Origin: Neoechinorhynchus agilis
Lineage: Eukaryota > Animalia > Acanthocephala
Reading direction: 5' to 3'
NCBI GenBank assembly: GCA_051530055.1
Contig: CM121342.1
Location: 6,988,864 to 7,052,863 of the forward strand
DNA: 64,000 nt
Part shown: piece by piece, positions 62,901 to 64,000 of the stretch
How positions within the stretch are numbered: the first letter of the stretch is position 1
Layout of the letters: every line of letters begins with the position of its first letter
The notes under the pieces: generated by a model
What the model was told of the DNA's origin: nothing
The model's database searches: none
Seen by the model: the letters and a program-made list of their open reading frames with translations, nothing else
Translations under genes and position numbers: made by a program

Positions 62901-64000
62901 ATTGGATTTGGACGCCCATGTCAGTTGAAGAGATGTGAACGAATGGCACGGATCACATTGTAACTGCTTGGTCATACAACAATCGATCACATATCGAACG
63001 TCCGGTACGGTAATGGAACTTTCGGCAATATTTGTAGCCAATATGATTCGCCGCTCACGAGGATTGTGCTTCTCAAAAACGACGATCTGATCGCTAATAG
63101 CGATCTCGGAATGCAGGGGCAACACGACAAACCTTGACGACTCTGGAAAATGCTGGCTTATTTGATTGTCGATTTCAATTATTTCGCCCATTCCTGGTAG
63201 AAAAACAAGGACAGTTCCTCGAACGAAGTTCCGTGGATTTGCTTCAAATTCATCATGATCCCATTTTTCGATTAAACGCAAAGCAGCAATGACCGAACTT
63301 GCGGATAAAAATGTTGCTGACTGTTGCTCGACCCTATCAATATTTGCTGCATCGAATACAGTTAATTGTCGAACTATTGGAAAATCAAAGTCATCAGCAT
63401 AAAAAAGATTCACGTTATACAAATGTTCTGTTATATAAGTCATTCAATTCGTTTCTCCAAAAATCCTTTAAAAAAAGAGTTTAAAACGCATTCTAATTGA
63501 ATCGATTTCAATAAACCAATTCTTTGATGAAATCTTAGAACACTTCAGGAGAAGCAAAAAAACAGATTTGAAATATGACAATGTCCAGGCAAACGATTGA
63601 GTAGTCAAATTGGCCAATCAGCATACAAAGAAGAACCATGTTAAACAAATGTTCTGCCATAGAAAATTAATTTGATTCGTTTCTCCAAAAAATCCTTTAA
63701 TAGAGTTTAAAAACGCATTCCAATTGAATCGATTTCCATAAACCAATTCTTTGATGAAATCTTAGAACACTTTAGGAGAACTCAAAGAATAAGAGATTTG
63801 AAATATGACAATGTCCAGGCAAACGATTGAGTAGTCAAATTGGCCAATCAGCATACAAAGAAGAACCACGTTAAACAAATGTTCTGCCAAAGAAAATTAA
63901 TTTGATTCGTTTCTCCAAAAAATCCTTTAAAAAAGGGTTAATATTTTTTATTTTTGTTAACTAGAAATATATATCCACGAACCATTGTCTTACCCGAAAA
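59981..64000 (-). CDS. TDRD9: Spindle-E/TDRD9 DExH RNA helicase, 5'-partial. Exon from about 63427, TIR insertion at 62157-62539, frame break at 60518, probable intron 60415-60475, C-terminal C2H2 finger
   Basis: VLVFLPGMGEI, IILATNIAESSITVPD, QLTWASKSNCEQRKGRAGRV, DGDLTFVGQIMARLP, LKVAIAGSCYPNYF, ALCGLG..VYPDHDIALHFD, YDWN, and C-x2-C-x12-H-x5-H. Confidence 0.92.
62157..62539. mobile_element. 383-bp non-autonomous hAT-like TIR element with a perfect 8-bp TSD, inside spindle-E coding sequence
   Basis: TSD atttagac at 62149-62156 and 62540-62547; TIR cattaattctca / reverse complement cattagttctca (11/12). Confidence 0.9.
63445..63935. repeat. Tandem repeat, about 229-bp unit, about 2.1 copies, inside a spindle-E intron
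   Basis: attcgtttctccaaaaa at about 63447, 63676 and 63905. Confidence 0.93.

Overview
AT-rich animal nuclear DNA with short (about 42-70 nt) spliceosomal introns. The species cannot be identified from this window. Recognisable genes: TRF2/TBPL1, EDEM2, ENGase (GH85), RRP1/Nop52, mitochondrial MetRS, an EEIG1/FAM102 NT-C2 gene, a PPP1R3-type CBM21 gene, a SWSAP1-like gene and a 5'-partial spindle-E/TDRD9, plus several unknown ORFs. About 17 kb (roughly a quarter of the window) is ten unrelated local tandem arrays with 88-370 bp units. There are also MITE/foldback elements, a tRNA-derived SINE, APE-type LINE fragments and CRE-clade retrotransposon fragments. The most unusual signal is a set of hairpin- or TIR-bounded insertions inside conserved coding sequence. 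Their exact removal restores the protein, but they lack GT-AG ends: a 383-bp TIR element with an 8-bp TSD in spindle-E (GT..TG), a 158-bp TIR element in ENGase (GA..AG, though a canonical option also exists), and a 45-nt hairpin and a 1572-nt insert in MetRS. Several ordinary GT-AG introns here also fold back on themselves. Together these suggest an Introner-like transposon-to-intron system, or alternatively precise DNA-level excision or simply dead alleles. Other notable items: a satellite made from the endonuclease domain of a CRE retrotransposon, a satellite that duplicated the EDEM2 acceptor and ATG, and an AG acceptor 0-7 nt before most start codons (possible SL trans-splicing and operons). 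All homology calls are from recalled motifs, not database searches.
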